NCBI GenBank assembly: GCA_026002795.1
Contig: BPGA01000001.1
Coordinates: 91,470-155,469 of the forward strand
Source: Candidatus Pacearchaeota archaeon
Lineage (GTDB): Archaea > Nanobdellota > Nanobdellia > Pacearchaeales > GW2011-AR1
Reading direction: 5' to 3'
Length of the DNA stretch: 64,000 bases
Shown: piece by piece, positions 8,080-17,758 of the stretch
Layout of the letters: each line of letters opens with the position of its first letter
Numbering within the stretch: position 1 is the first letter of the stretch
Notes under the pieces: model-generated
What the model was told of the DNA's origin: nothing
Database searches by the model: none
What the model saw: only the letters and a program-made list of their open reading frames with translations
Program-made: the position numbers and the translations under genes

Positions 8080-10149
8080 ATGAAAGTTTCAATGAAAAGA
8101 GGTTTTAAGAATTTTTTAAATTTTTTAGTTATATTTGTTGGTTTTTTATTACTGATTCCAGTTGTGTCTTCAGAGATAATTTTTAATCAACAACCAGAAA
8201 CAGTTCATAATTTAGGTGATAAGCTTCCTATATCAATAACTATAAAATCTCTACAAGAAAAATCTGGTTTTTTAGAGATAAGATTGATTTGTGATGGACA
8301 AGAATCAGCTTTCTACAAAAACCCTTTTTCAATTTCGCCTGGTGAAGAAAAAAAAGTTGAAACTACTCTAATTCTTGAAAAAAGATTTATAGGAGAGTTA
8401 ACTGGAAATTGTTTAATAAAGGCTTCTTTAAATGACGAATACAAACTTTCAAACCCTTTTTATATTTCTTCTTTAATCTTTTTAGAGCCAAGTTTTCAAT
8501 CTAATGAATTTAATCCTGGACAAAACATTTCTATTTCTGGAAAAGCAACAAAAGAGAACAAAGCTAATGTAAATGGATTTATTGAAGTTTCATTAAATGA
8601 TGCAAACAAAACAATAATAAAAAAAGAATCAACAATAAATAACGGAATTTTTAAATTTGATTTTATTCTGCCGAAAAATATAAAATCTGGCTTTTATAGC
8701 TTAAGTTTTTATGCATATGAAAAAGACATAAACAATGAGATAACCAACACTGGAAGAGTAGATAAAAACATAAAAATTCTTCAAATACCAACAAATCTTG
8801 AACTTGTTTTTGAAACAAAAGAAGTCGAACCTGGAAAAAGTTTAAGAGTAAAACCAGTACTTCATGACCAGGCTGGGGATCCTATTGCATCGAGTGTTTT
8901 TTTAACAATAAAAAATTCAAAAAATAAAATTGTTGAACAGGTTGAGGTTCCTACAGATTCTTTTTTTGAGTTTCCAATAAAATATAATGAAGCTCCTTCT
9001 GAATGGAGTATTTTCGCTTTGTCAAACAAAATTTCTTCTGAATCTAAATTTAAAATTTTAGAAAAAGAGAGTGTTGATGTAAAAATAATAAATCAAACAA
9101 TTTTGATAACAAACACAGGAAACGTAGCTTACAACAAAACAGTTCTTGTAAAAATAGCTAACGAATCTTTAGATATTGATGTTTTTCTTGATGTTGGTGA
9201 GACAAAAAAATATATTGTTACGGCGCCTGAAGGAAAATATAGGGTAGAAGTTTTAACAGGAAATGTTGTTTCTTCTAATGAAGTTTTGCTTACAGGAAAA
9301 ATTTTTGAGGTTAAAGAAGCTCCTGCAAAAATACTAAGCCTTGTTAGTCATCCTTGGGTGTGGGTTTTTGTAATTGTTATTCTTGGGTTTGTTGTTTTAA
9401 TTTTATATAGAAGAGGTTACAAAAAAGCCTTTATTGGAACAGCTCCTGCTTCTACCCTAGAAATTCCGAAAAAAAGAATTGAGAAAACAAAAGTAGTTAG
9501 TGCAAATGAAATTTTAAATATTCCAATGCCACAAACAACTTTAATTGATTACAAAACAAAGGCAGAACATGTTGTATCAATAAAAGGTGAAAAACATCTG
9601 GTTTCTCTTGTAACTTTATACATAAAAAACTTTAATGAAATTAAAAATGAAAAAGAGGGTGTAAAAGAGAGTATTAATAAAATAATTAAAATTGCGGAAA
9701 GTGAAAAAGCAATTATTTATGAAACAGGAAATTCTATAATTTTTATCTTATCTCCTATAAAAACTAAAACTTTTAAAAATGAAGAAAGAGCACTTAAACT
9801 TGCTGAAGAGATAAACAACTCTTTATCCTACCATAATAAAATCTTTAAAACTAAATTAGATTATGGAATTTCTATAAGTAAAGGTTATATTGCAGCTAAA
9901 GTTGAAGCTGGAATTTTCAAATTTGCTGATTTTGGATCTTTGATTTTAAATTCAAAAAGATTAGCATCGTCAGCAAAGAACAGCATTTTGCTTTCAGAAG
10001 AAATGGCTTTATCATTAAAAGATTTTGTAAAAACCTCTCAAGTTCAAACAGCTTCTGGAGTCAAAGCATATTCAATAAAAGAAAAAAAAGATTATGATAA
10101 GCACTCTTCTTTTATAAGAAGTTTCTTATCTAGAAATAAAGAGAAATAA
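8080..10149 (+). CDS. Single-pass membrane protein with a large extracellular beta-rich region and an intracellular degenerate class III nucleotide-cyclase-like domain.
   Basis: Signal/anchor FLNFLVIFVGFLLLIPVVSS. TM helix VSHPWVWVFVIVILGFVVLILY (residues 421-443). Residues about 505-650 follow the cyclase homology pattern (HLVSLVTLYIKNFNEI..AIIYETGNSIIFIL..YGISISKGYIAAKVEAGIFKFADFGSLILNSKRLASSA..ILLSEE), but both metal-binding Asp positions are replaced. Confidence 0.55.
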   Translation: MKVSMKRGFKNFLNFLVIFVGFLLLIPVVSSEIIFNQQPETVHNLGDKLPISITIKSLQEKSGFLEIRLICDGQESAFYKNPFSISPGEEKKVETTLILEKRFIGELTGNCLIKASLNDEYKLSNPFYISSLIFLEPSFQSNEFNPGQNISISGKATKENKANVNGFIEVSLNDANKTIIKKESTINNGIFKFDFILPKNIKSGFYSLSFYAYEKDINNEITNTGRVDKNIKILQIPTNLELVFETKEVEPGKSLRVKPVLHDQAGDPIASSVFLTIKNSKNKIVEQVEVPTDSFFEFPIKYNEAPSEWSIFALSNKISSESKFKILEKESVDVKIINQTILITNTGNVAYNKTVLVKIANESLDIDVFLDVGETKKYIVTAPEGKYRVEVLTGNVVSSNEVLLTGKIFEVKEAPAKILSLVSHPWVWVFVIVILGFVVLILYRRGYKKAFIGTAPASTLEIPKKRIEKTKVVSANEILNIPMPQTTLIDYKTKAEHVVSIKGEKHLVSLVTLYIKNFNEIKNEKEGVKESINKIIKIAESEKAIIYETGNSIIFILSPIKTKTFKNEERALKLAEEINNSLSYHNKIFKTKLDYGISISKGYIAAKVEAGIFKFADFGSLILNSKRLASSAKNSILLSEEMALSLKDFVKTSQVQTASGVKAYSIKEKKDYDKHSSFIRSFLSRNKEK

Positions 10150-10227
10150 AAATTATGAAAAATTTAATGAAAAACCTTGTAAGATCTGTAAGATTTTAAT
10201 ACTTTCTTTTTTATTTTTTTAGTTTTT

Positions 10228-11043
10228 CTATTTTTGGGTGTTTCTTGTTTTTGGCTGTTGCTTTATTTTCTGTTTACTAAATCTTGATAAAAAATCTTTT
10301 AATGAATACCTGAAGACAATCATCTTAATAATTAACCCTGAACTTAAAAATAAAAATCCTGTTATTAAAGAAAACCAAAAAACACTTCCTGCTTTATTAA
10401 GCAAGATTCCTAAAAATAAAGAGTATGGTTCTTTAAATATCGAGAAAACAACACCTAAAATAATTTTAAATACAAAAGCTGAAATTATAATTAAAAAGCC
10501 TGCAAAAATAGGCCAGTTTATTTTATTTTCTAAAAAAACATATGAAATAGCAGCTAAAATAAGAGCAATTCCTAATGTAAGGTAAAACTTATCTCTGAAA
10601 TAATCTTTGGCTTTTTTTGAAATTAAGAATAAAGGAATTTTTTCTTTGCTAAAACAATCAAAAAATCCGCATTCATATTTTTTAAAATAAAAACCATAAA
10701 CAAAACTTTCCACCACATTATTAATTATTTCTTCTTTTGGTTGTGAAATAGAAGAGCATGAAATTTTTATTGTGCTATTTTCAAAAGAAACAACATACTC
10801 TTGCACATTTGGATTTTGTTGACAATAACTTTTAAATTGGTTTATGTAGTTATCTATTTCATAAGAAACATTATACTTTAATATTTCTTTGTCTGCTATA
10901 TCTTTTACTAAATTTTTTGAGTTTTCTTGAACGTTTTCATAGCTTAAAGAAAAAGTTAAAGAAGCAAATGTAAAAGTAATTAAAAGAAGTAGAAAAATTA
11001 TAAAAGTTAAAATCAAAAGCAAAGTTCCTTTAATGAACCCCAT
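10228..11043 (-). CDS. Polytopic membrane protein, function unknown.
   Basis: 271 aa with an N-terminal TM helix, a soluble domain containing several Cys, and 3-4 C-terminal TM helices. Confidence 0.55.
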   Translation of the reverse strand: MGFIKGTLLLILTFIIFLLLLITFTFASLTFSLSYENVQENSKNLVKDIADKEILKYNVSYEIDNYINQFKSYCQQNPNVQEYVVSFENSTIKISCSSISQPKEEIINNVVESFVYGFYFKKYECGFFDCFSKEKIPLFLISKKAKDYFRDKFYLTLGIALILAAISYVFLENKINWPIFAGFLIIISAFVFKIILGVVFSIFKEPYSLFLGILLNKAGSVFWFSLITGFLFLSSGLIIKMIVFRYSLKDFLSRFSKQKIKQQPKTRNTQK

Positions 11044-11160
11044 AATAATTTAAAATTAAATGGTGTTTATAAATTTAATATTTTTTTAAATTTTTAAAAA
11101 AAGAGAACTATAAATATAGTTCTATAAAATTAGAAAAATAAAATTATTTTTGAAGTATTT

Positions 11161-12198
11161 TTAAGTGCAAGAAGAAGAGCTAGCATAAATAGTTCCTTCG
11201 CTATTAACACAAACATATCTATTGCCTGTACCTTTAAGATTATTAACTGATATTTCTCCTGTTTTAGAAATAACCATTCTTTCTTGGCCTTCTGTAAAGA
11301 ATTTTAATGGATATTCCCAAGACACCAATCCATTATATGAGTTGTGATCACTTGAAGCTAAAACAACTGATGCTCTATTATTTTCGTCTGTACCAACTGA
11401 AAGATATGATGCGGTTGTACTAAGTAATTGAAGAACAGTATCTGTAGGTTGAACATACATTCTAAAAGAATCGTTTCCAATTAAAAATTTAGCACCATTA
11501 GGCGGAACAATAATTTCTCCTTTGTTTTTTATTGTTAAAAGAGCATATCCTGGTGTTCTAAATTCTGTAATTCCTGAACTGTTTTTATTTATAAACAAAT
11601 ATTTACCATCATTTCCACCATCATAAACAAAATCGCCATCAGAAGTGTAAAATGTTGTTTTTCCTTGTTTTGCTCTTATTGTTGAATCTGGATGCATACT
11701 CTTAATTTCAAATGTTCCATTTGGTTCTGAAGTTCCAATACCAACATATCCTTTATCATAGTATATAACATCTCCTGCACCTGAAACAGTGCTACCTGTC
11801 AAAAAATTAGCAAAAAAACCAAGCAAACCTGTCCTGGTTCTACCAGTACTTGCGTTCTGCTCTGAAGTTCCTCCCTGCGTTGAGCATTTTCCAGAAATAC
11901 AAACATAATTTTCTCCGTAAACTTTACACTCTGAATCAAAAACGCATTTAGACTCTTTTATTTGGCTTGTTCCTTCAACCTCCTTAGATTCTTCTGGAGA
12001 GCTTTCGATGCTTTTGTTTTTCTGAATAGAAAAAATGACAATAGCAATAAAAATAGCTACAGCAATAATTCCAATAATCAAAAAAAATTGAAGGTTTTTT
12101 TGTAATTTATGAGATGGGTGTTGAGAATGTGTTTGGCTGTATAAATGATGATGTGAATGGCCTTCAGGAGAATTTTTATGATGTGTGGGATAACTCAT
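11161..12198 (-). CDS. Membrane-anchored surface protein with a His-rich cytoplasmic tail and a tail-fibre-like motif.
   Basis: N-terminus MSYPTHHKNSPEGHSHHHLYSQTHSQHPSHK, TM helix FFLIIGIIAVAIFIAIVIFSI, a Cys-rich stretch (CVFDSECKVYGENYVCISGKC), then GDVIYYDKGYVGIGTSEPNGTFEIK. Confidence 0.6.
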   Translation of the reverse strand: MSYPTHHKNSPEGHSHHHLYSQTHSQHPSHKLQKNLQFFLIIGIIAVAIFIAIVIFSIQKNKSIESSPEESKEVEGTSQIKESKCVFDSECKVYGENYVCISGKCSTQGGTSEQNASTGRTRTGLLGFFANFLTGSTVSGAGDVIYYDKGYVGIGTSEPNGTFEIKSMHPDSTIRAKQGKTTFYTSDGDFVYDGGNDGKYLFINKNSSGITEFRTPGYALLTIKNKGEIIVPPNGAKFLIGNDSFRMYVQPTDTVLQLLSTTASYLSVGTDENNRASVVLASSDHNSYNGLVSWEYPLKFFTEGQERMVISKTGEISVNNLKGTGNRYVCVNSEGTIYASSSSCT

Positions 12199-12319
12199 TT
12201 AAAATAAACTTTTTATACCTCCTTTTTTATTCGTTAATTTTATTTTAAAATAAATAAAAGAATATTTTTAAATTTTTTCTTTAGAAACCTTTATTAAGTT
12301 TATAACTTTTTTTATTTTT

Positions 12320-14836
12320 ATGAAAGAAGAAGGGGTTATTTTTATTAAATGGTTTTCTGAACTTGATAAGAATTCTGGTGGTGTTGCTGGAGGAAAAGGG
12401 GCTAATCTTGCAGAAATTTATAATTTAGGGATTAATGTTCCACCTGGGTTTGTTGTAACAGCGCAGGCTTATAATTATTTTATAAAAAATTCTGGAATTG
12501 ATGAGAAAATCAGGCAACTTCTTTCTAAAATAGATTATGAAAATACAAGAGAGCTTACAGAAGTTACAGAAAAAGTTCGAGAATTGATAACTAAAGCAGA
12601 CTTTCCTAAAAATATGGAAGAAGAGATAATTGAGGCTTATGAAACTCTTTCTTTAGAAGAAGGAAAATTTAAAGGAAAAACAGCAGAGGTTATTGTTGGA
12701 AAAGCAGAACCAATTTTTGTAGCTGTAAGAAGTTCTGCAACAACAGAAGATCTTGCTGAAGCTAGTTTTGCAGGACAGCAAGAGACTTTTTTGAATGTTA
12801 GAGGGAATGAAGAATTGCTTGATAAAATTAAGGAATGTTTTGCTTCTTTATTTACTGCAAGAGCGACCTATTACAGACATAAAAAAGGATTTAAACATGA
12901 ACAAGCAAGCCTTGCTGTTGTTATTCAAAAAATGATTAATTCTGAAAAGTCTGGTGTTATTTTTTCTAAAGATCCTTCAACTGGAGAAAAAAATGTAATA
13001 ATAGAGGCTGTATTTGGTTTAGGAGAGGGAATAGTTTCTGGAAAAATAACTCCTGACAGGTATATTGTTTCTGGCGAGAGCTTTAATAATTTTGAGATAA
13101 AAAAAGAAATAATATCTAAAAAAAAGATAGCTATAGTTAGAGGTGAAAATGGAAAAGATTTGATTGTTAAGCTTAAAGAAAAAGATTCCGAAAAAAGGGT
13201 TTTGAATGATAAAGAGATTAAAGAGCTTGCATTTATAGCCTTAAAACTTGAAAAGCATTATCAAAAACCACAAGATATTGAATTTGCTATTGAATCAGGA
13301 GAAATTTATGTTGTACAGACAAGACCTATAACAACTCTTGAAAAAAAATATGAAAAAACACAAACAGAAATAAAGGGAGAAGCTATTCTTACAGGAATAG
13401 CTGCTTCTCCTGGTATTGGTGTTGGAAAAGTAAAAATTGTTAGGAGTTTAGAAGATTTAAAGAAAATTAACAAAGGTGATGTTCTTGTAACAACAATGAC
13501 AAATCCTGATATGGTTGTAACAATGCAAAAGTGTTCTGCTATAGTTACAGATGAAGGTGGTTTAACAGCTCATGCTGCAATTGTTTCAAGAGAGATGGGA
13601 ATTCCGGCTGTCGTTGGTACTGAAGAAGCAACTTCAAAACTTAAAGAAAATGAAGTTGTAACTGTTGATGGATTTACTGGAAAAATTTACAAAGGAAAAA
13701 TTGCAGAAGCAAAAGAAAAGGAAATTAAAGAAGTAAAGTCCAAAACAAAAACAAAAATTAAAGTTATAATTGATTTGCCTAGTTTCTCAAAAAGAGCAGC
13801 AAAAACAGGAATTAAAAGTGTTGGACTTGCAAGATTAGAGGGGGTAATTGCAGAGTCAGGAAAACATCCGCTTTATTTTCTTGAAAAAGGAAAAATAAAA
13901 GAGTATGAAGAACTAATTTACAAAGGCTTAAAAGAGCTTTGTGAGCCTTTTGATGAAATCTGGATAAGAACATCTGACATAAGAACTGACGAGTTTATTA
14001 ATCTTGAAGGAGCTCCAAAAGAAAAAGAAGCTAATCCCATGCTTGGAATGCACGGAATTAGATTTTCATTAAGAAATCCTGAAATTCTTAAAGCAGAACT
14101 TTTAGCAATGAAAAAAATTTCAGACTCTGGTAAAAAAATCGGTATTATGGCACCACAAATAATCTCTGTAGAGGAGATTAATCAGCTTAAAAAGTTTGTT
14201 AAAGAAATTAATTTAAATGCAAAAGTCGGAGTTATGATAGAAACTCCTGCTTCTGTTCAAATTATAGAAGAACTTTGTAAAACAGGAATAGATTTTGCGT
14301 CTTTTGGAACAAATGATTTAACTCAGTACACTCTTGCTGTTGATAGAGGAAATAAAGAGGTACAAGATCTTTACAATGAAATGCATCCTGCTATTTTAAA
14401 ACAACTTTCTTATGTTATAAAGGTTTGTAGAATGTATGGTGTTGAATCAAGTATTTGCGGACAAGCTGGAAGTAGAAAAGAAATGGTTAAGTTTTTAGTT
14501 GAAAATGGAATAAATAGCATAAGTGTAAATGCAGATGTTGCAGCTGAAATAGCAGAGTACATTGAAAGTCTAGAAAAGCAAATAAATGAAAAGTACGAAA
14601 AAGAAAACCAAAAAGAATCTGATAAAGAAATTTTAAAAAAAGAAACAATAATTAATTTAAATCAGAATTTATCAAGCGAGAGAATCAAAGAAGAAATTAA
14701 AAAAGAGTTAGAAGAGTTTCCCATAGTAAGAGGAGCAGAATGGCCTTTAGAGGAAAGCTATTTAGATGATTTTAAGAGCGATATTGTAAGCGATATTGAA
14801 AAGGAAAAAGATAATGATGTTTCTTACATTTTTTAA
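12320..14836 (+). CDS. ppsA: Phosphoenolpyruvate synthase (pyruvate, water dikinase) with a K/E-rich C-terminal extension.
   Basis: GGKGANLAE ATP-grasp start, phospho-His region GGLTAHAAIVSREMGIPAVVG, PEP-utilising C-domain with GTNDLTQYTLAVDR and ICGQAG. Confidence 0.9.
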   Translation: MKEEGVIFIKWFSELDKNSGGVAGGKGANLAEIYNLGINVPPGFVVTAQAYNYFIKNSGIDEKIRQLLSKIDYENTRELTEVTEKVRELITKADFPKNMEEEIIEAYETLSLEEGKFKGKTAEVIVGKAEPIFVAVRSSATTEDLAEASFAGQQETFLNVRGNEELLDKIKECFASLFTARATYYRHKKGFKHEQASLAVVIQKMINSEKSGVIFSKDPSTGEKNVIIEAVFGLGEGIVSGKITPDRYIVSGESFNNFEIKKEIISKKKIAIVRGENGKDLIVKLKEKDSEKRVLNDKEIKELAFIALKLEKHYQKPQDIEFAIESGEIYVVQTRPITTLEKKYEKTQTEIKGEAILTGIAASPGIGVGKVKIVRSLEDLKKINKGDVLVTTMTNPDMVVTMQKCSAIVTDEGGLTAHAAIVSREMGIPAVVGTEEATSKLKENEVVTVDGFTGKIYKGKIAEAKEKEIKEVKSKTKTKIKVIIDLPSFSKRAAKTGIKSVGLARLEGVIAESGKHPLYFLEKGKIKEYEELIYKGLKELCEPFDEIWIRTSDIRTDEFINLEGAPKEKEANPMLGMHGIRFSLRNPEILKAELLAMKKISDSGKKIGIMAPQIISVEEINQLKKFVKEINLNAKVGVMIETPASVQIIEELCKTGIDFASFGTNDLTQYTLAVDRGNKEVQDLYNEMHPAILKQLSYVIKVCRMYGVESSICGQAGSRKEMVKFLVENGINSISVNADVAAEIAEYIESLEKQINEKYEKENQKESDKEILKKETIINLNQNLSSERIKEEIKKELEEFPIVRGAEWPLEESYLDDFKSDIVSDIEKEKDNDVSYIF

Positions 14837-14852
14837 TTTTCTTTTCTAAATA

Positions 14853-14862
14853 TTTATAAATA
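14853..14862 (+). promoter_or_regulatory. TATA-box-like TTTATAAATA, 19 nt upstream of the ATG at 14882.
   Basis: Direct reading. Identical 10-mer and spacing as at 8051. Confidence 0.5.
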
Positions 14863-14881
14863 ATAGAAGGTTTTAAATTCA

Positions 14882-15505
14882 ATGAAAGGAAAAAAAGAGG
14901 CTTTATTAAATCAGGATAATTCTGAAAAGAATAAAGAAAAACCTATTGAGCGGGTTTCAAAAACAAAAAAAGAAAAAAAAGGAAAAGTTACAAAAGTTAG
15001 GTATGAATCAGTAAAGGAAATTAAAGTAGACAGAGCTTTGGTTGAAAATTTTGTTGACCTGCAAAAAGTTTTAGTAGCTCTTTCTTCTAAACTTGACAAA
15101 CTTTCAGAAAGGCTCTCAAACTTCTTATCCCTTTTAGAAGAATCAGCTAAAAATTTTGCTAAAAAAGAATTTGAATCTGCTTCAGAAAAAGAAGAAATGA
15201 AGAAAATTTTAGAGAAGCTTGACAAGCTTTCAGAACAAGCAGGGCTTATTGGTAAGGGCCTTGCTTTAATTCATGAAGCAAATCTAGAAAAAACTTCAAA
15301 AGAAAGTTATACTCAAACAACAACACCTTATAAACCATCTTTAGTTATTGAAGAAAAAAGCAGGCAAATAGCTCCTACAAACATAAACAAATTTCAAGAG
15401 CAAAAACTAAATATGCAAAATCTAGAAATAAATAAAAAATTAGAAAAGGAAAAACAAGAAGAAAACAAATCAACTGAAAAAGATAATTTTAGGGTATTTA
15501 GTTAA
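14882..15505 (+). CDS. K/E-rich coiled-coil protein, function unknown.
   Basis: 207 aa with heptad-like stretches LSSKLDKLSERLSNFLSLLEE and ILEKLDKLSEQAG. Confidence 0.5.
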   Translation: MKGKKEALLNQDNSEKNKEKPIERVSKTKKEKKGKVTKVRYESVKEIKVDRALVENFVDLQKVLVALSSKLDKLSERLSNFLSLLEESAKNFAKKEFESASEKEEMKKILEKLDKLSEQAGLIGKGLALIHEANLEKTSKESYTQTTTPYKPSLVIEEKSRQIAPTNINKFQEQKLNMQNLEINKKLEKEKQEENKSTEKDNFRVFS

Positions 15506-15522
15506 TTTATAAAAAATTAAAA

Positions 15523-16200
15523 ATGAAAAGAGCTAGTTTTAAAGAAAAATTTCTTTTAAGTTTAGTAAAAGAATTAATAAAAAACACAAAAAGTTACAAA
15601 AGAACTTTTATAGAAATAGAAGTTAAAAAATTTCTATCACAATATGAAGAATATGAGAAAGAAAAAACAAAAGAAGAGGCAAAAAAGAAAGATGAAGGAA
15701 TTAGCTCTTTAGTTAGAGAGAAAATGCAAGAAGAAAAAGAGAGAGTTATCGAATTAAAAAAAGAAGAAAAGCCTTTAAGGCTTTTATTTGAAAAAAGCGT
15801 TCCAAAAATAAAAATTCCTGAATTAATTCTGCCTGAAACTTTTCAATATTTAAAACCTATACCTCTTAATCTTCCGTATGAAATAAATTTAAAAAAATTA
15901 GATCCACTTATAAAAGATCCTTTTGTCAAAACTATTGAATGTCCTGGCCCTAACTCTGAAATTGTTGTAGAAGGAAAATTCGGAAGAAAAAGAACGCAGA
16001 TAAAACTTACAAAAGAAGAAATCGATGAAATTTTACAGATTTTTTCAAGTTTAACAAAAATACCTTTAATTGAAGGTCTTTATAAAGTTGTTTTTGGAAA
16101 TTTAGAGTTATCAGCATTAATTTCTGAAAAAACTAGATTCAGAATAAGAAAATTGTCTTTTATTGGTCAGACATTTAGTCCAAAACCTATTAAGAGGTAA
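15523..16200 (+). CDS. Stand-alone protein resembling the N-terminal domain of FlaI/PilB/GspE secretion ATPases, with no ATPase domain.
   Basis: LDPLIKDPFVKTIECPGPNSEIVVEGKFGRKRTQIKLTKEEIDEILQIFSSLTKIPLIEGLYKVVFGNLELSALISE matches the ..l.Dp.v.eI..nGp..v.V......t.......e........a......p...a.l..g.r... pattern. The ORF ends at 225 aa without a Walker A motif. Confidence 0.45.
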   Translation: MKRASFKEKFLLSLVKELIKNTKSYKRTFIEIEVKKFLSQYEEYEKEKTKEEAKKKDEGISSLVREKMQEEKERVIELKKEEKPLRLLFEKSVPKIKIPELILPETFQYLKPIPLNLPYEINLKKLDPLIKDPFVKTIECPGPNSEIVVEGKFGRKRTQIKLTKEEIDEILQIFSSLTKIPLIEGLYKVVFGNLELSALISEKTRFRIRKLSFIGQTFSPKPIKR

Positions 16201-16219
16201 ATTTATTGCATGTTTTTTG

Positions 16220-17638
16220 TTAAAAACTAATGTTAACTCCTGTTAAACTAGAAATTTCTGTTGTTTCTTGTTTTTTAAATCTTGATGCAAGATCTTTTAA
16301 CCACAAATTTGTGTCTTTTGAGATTAATTTTTGAAGTGTTTCATTGTCTATGTTTTTGTCGTAACTAAATTCTATCCATTGATTCCCTATTTCATATCTT
16401 AAAATTAGTCTGTTGTTAATTTCTCTTGCTTCTTTAATTTGAACTTTTGTACTTCCAAACTCTCTTTCAAGAATCTCTTTTTCTTCAGCTGTAAGTTCAT
16501 TAGTTGAATTAAGAATTGTAAAGTTTGTATTTGTTGTAAGATTAGTTAAACTAGTTTCTTCTTTAGTTAAGCTGCTTTCTTCTTGTTGCTTTTCTGTTTT
16601 ACTTGTTTGATTAGCTGTCTCGTTTAATTTTAAAGATCCTTGTTCGAGAGTTGTTGTTAAATAAATAAGTTCTGTATTGTTTGATTTAAGGGAAATTTTT
16701 AAACTGCCTGGTTCTAAAAAAAGACTAAGTTTAGATAGGTCAATTTCTATGTTTTTTGTTTTATTTCCAAGATAATCTTTACCAAAACCTTTTTCTGTTT
16801 CAAAATAATTTGTTGAAACTACAGCATTATTTTTTTCCAAAGAAATTTTAATCTCATTATCATCTAAAATTTTTGAGTCTGTTCTTACGCTTCTTGGTTT
16901 AAGTTCAACTCTTTCATTTTCTTGTAATTGATAACTAAAATTTTCTAATGCAGAAGCCTCTCCTTGAATTTCTCTCTCAAATTCTGCAACAACATTTCCT
17001 GTTATTCCTAAAAAATTTCCTGTTGTTCTAAAAAAGTTAGAAATAAAGTTTCCTGTAATTGGTGTTTCTTGTTTTTGCTGTTCTAGTTGTTGCTCCTGTT
17101 GTTGTGTTTCATTGGTGTTTTCTTCTGTTTGTGTTTTGTTTTCAGATAAAACAATTAAAGTAAAATAAACCTTAGGAAATATCTTTTTTTCTCCGGGAAT
17201 TCCATAACCTAATCCGCTTCCCGAGAGCTCTGCTCCTTCAATATAAAAGTTTCCGCTTTCTTTTTGTTCTGAGATTATGTTTTCTAAAGGATATTCTATA
17301 ATTTTTCCATTATTATCAAAAGATATTTTTGTATCTTCAGGCAATAATTCTCCTTCTTTAAGTTTTATGTTTAATTTGCCTTCTAAAGGCTTTCCCTCTT
17401 GATATTTTGCTTCTAAATCAATAAGTGCTCTTCCTGTAATTCCTTGATTTTTATTTAAAATAAAAAAAATAACTAAAAAAATAACTAAAAAAGCAGCTAA
17501 AAAAATAAAAAAATTTATATTAAACTTTTTTCCAGGTCCTTTATACTCTGTTATAACTTTATCTCCTACTCTTTTACTTTCATAAATATATGGACCATAA
17601 ATCTTATCCCCTCTTTTAATGTACTTTTTGTATGGCAT
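16220..17638 (-). CDS. Type II membrane-anchored extracellular protein, function unknown.
   Basis: 472 aa. Basic N-terminus MPYKKYIKRGDKIYGPYIYESKRVGDKVITEYKG, one TM helix, and three ITG motifs (GITGRAL, PITGNFI, GITGNVV). Confidence 0.55.
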   Translation of the reverse strand: MPYKKYIKRGDKIYGPYIYESKRVGDKVITEYKGPGKKFNINFFIFLAAFLVIFLVIFFILNKNQGITGRALIDLEAKYQEGKPLEGKLNIKLKEGELLPEDTKISFDNNGKIIEYPLENIISEQKESGNFYIEGAELSGSGLGYGIPGEKKIFPKVYFTLIVLSENKTQTEENTNETQQQEQQLEQQKQETPITGNFISNFFRTTGNFLGITGNVVAEFEREIQGEASALENFSYQLQENERVELKPRSVRTDSKILDDNEIKISLEKNNAVVSTNYFETEKGFGKDYLGNKTKNIEIDLSKLSLFLEPGSLKISLKSNNTELIYLTTTLEQGSLKLNETANQTSKTEKQQEESSLTKEETSLTNLTTNTNFTILNSTNELTAEEKEILEREFGSTKVQIKEAREINNRLILRYEIGNQWIEFSYDKNIDNETLQKLISKDTNLWLKDLASRFKKQETTEISSLTGVNISF

Positions 17639-17758
17639 TTTGTAGGGTAACTAACCTAAAATATTTAGGATACATTATATTTAAAGTTTAGCATAAAAAT
17701 ATATACAAAAAAGAATAAATAATATAACTAAAAAAGAATAAAGAAAAAATAAAAAAGA

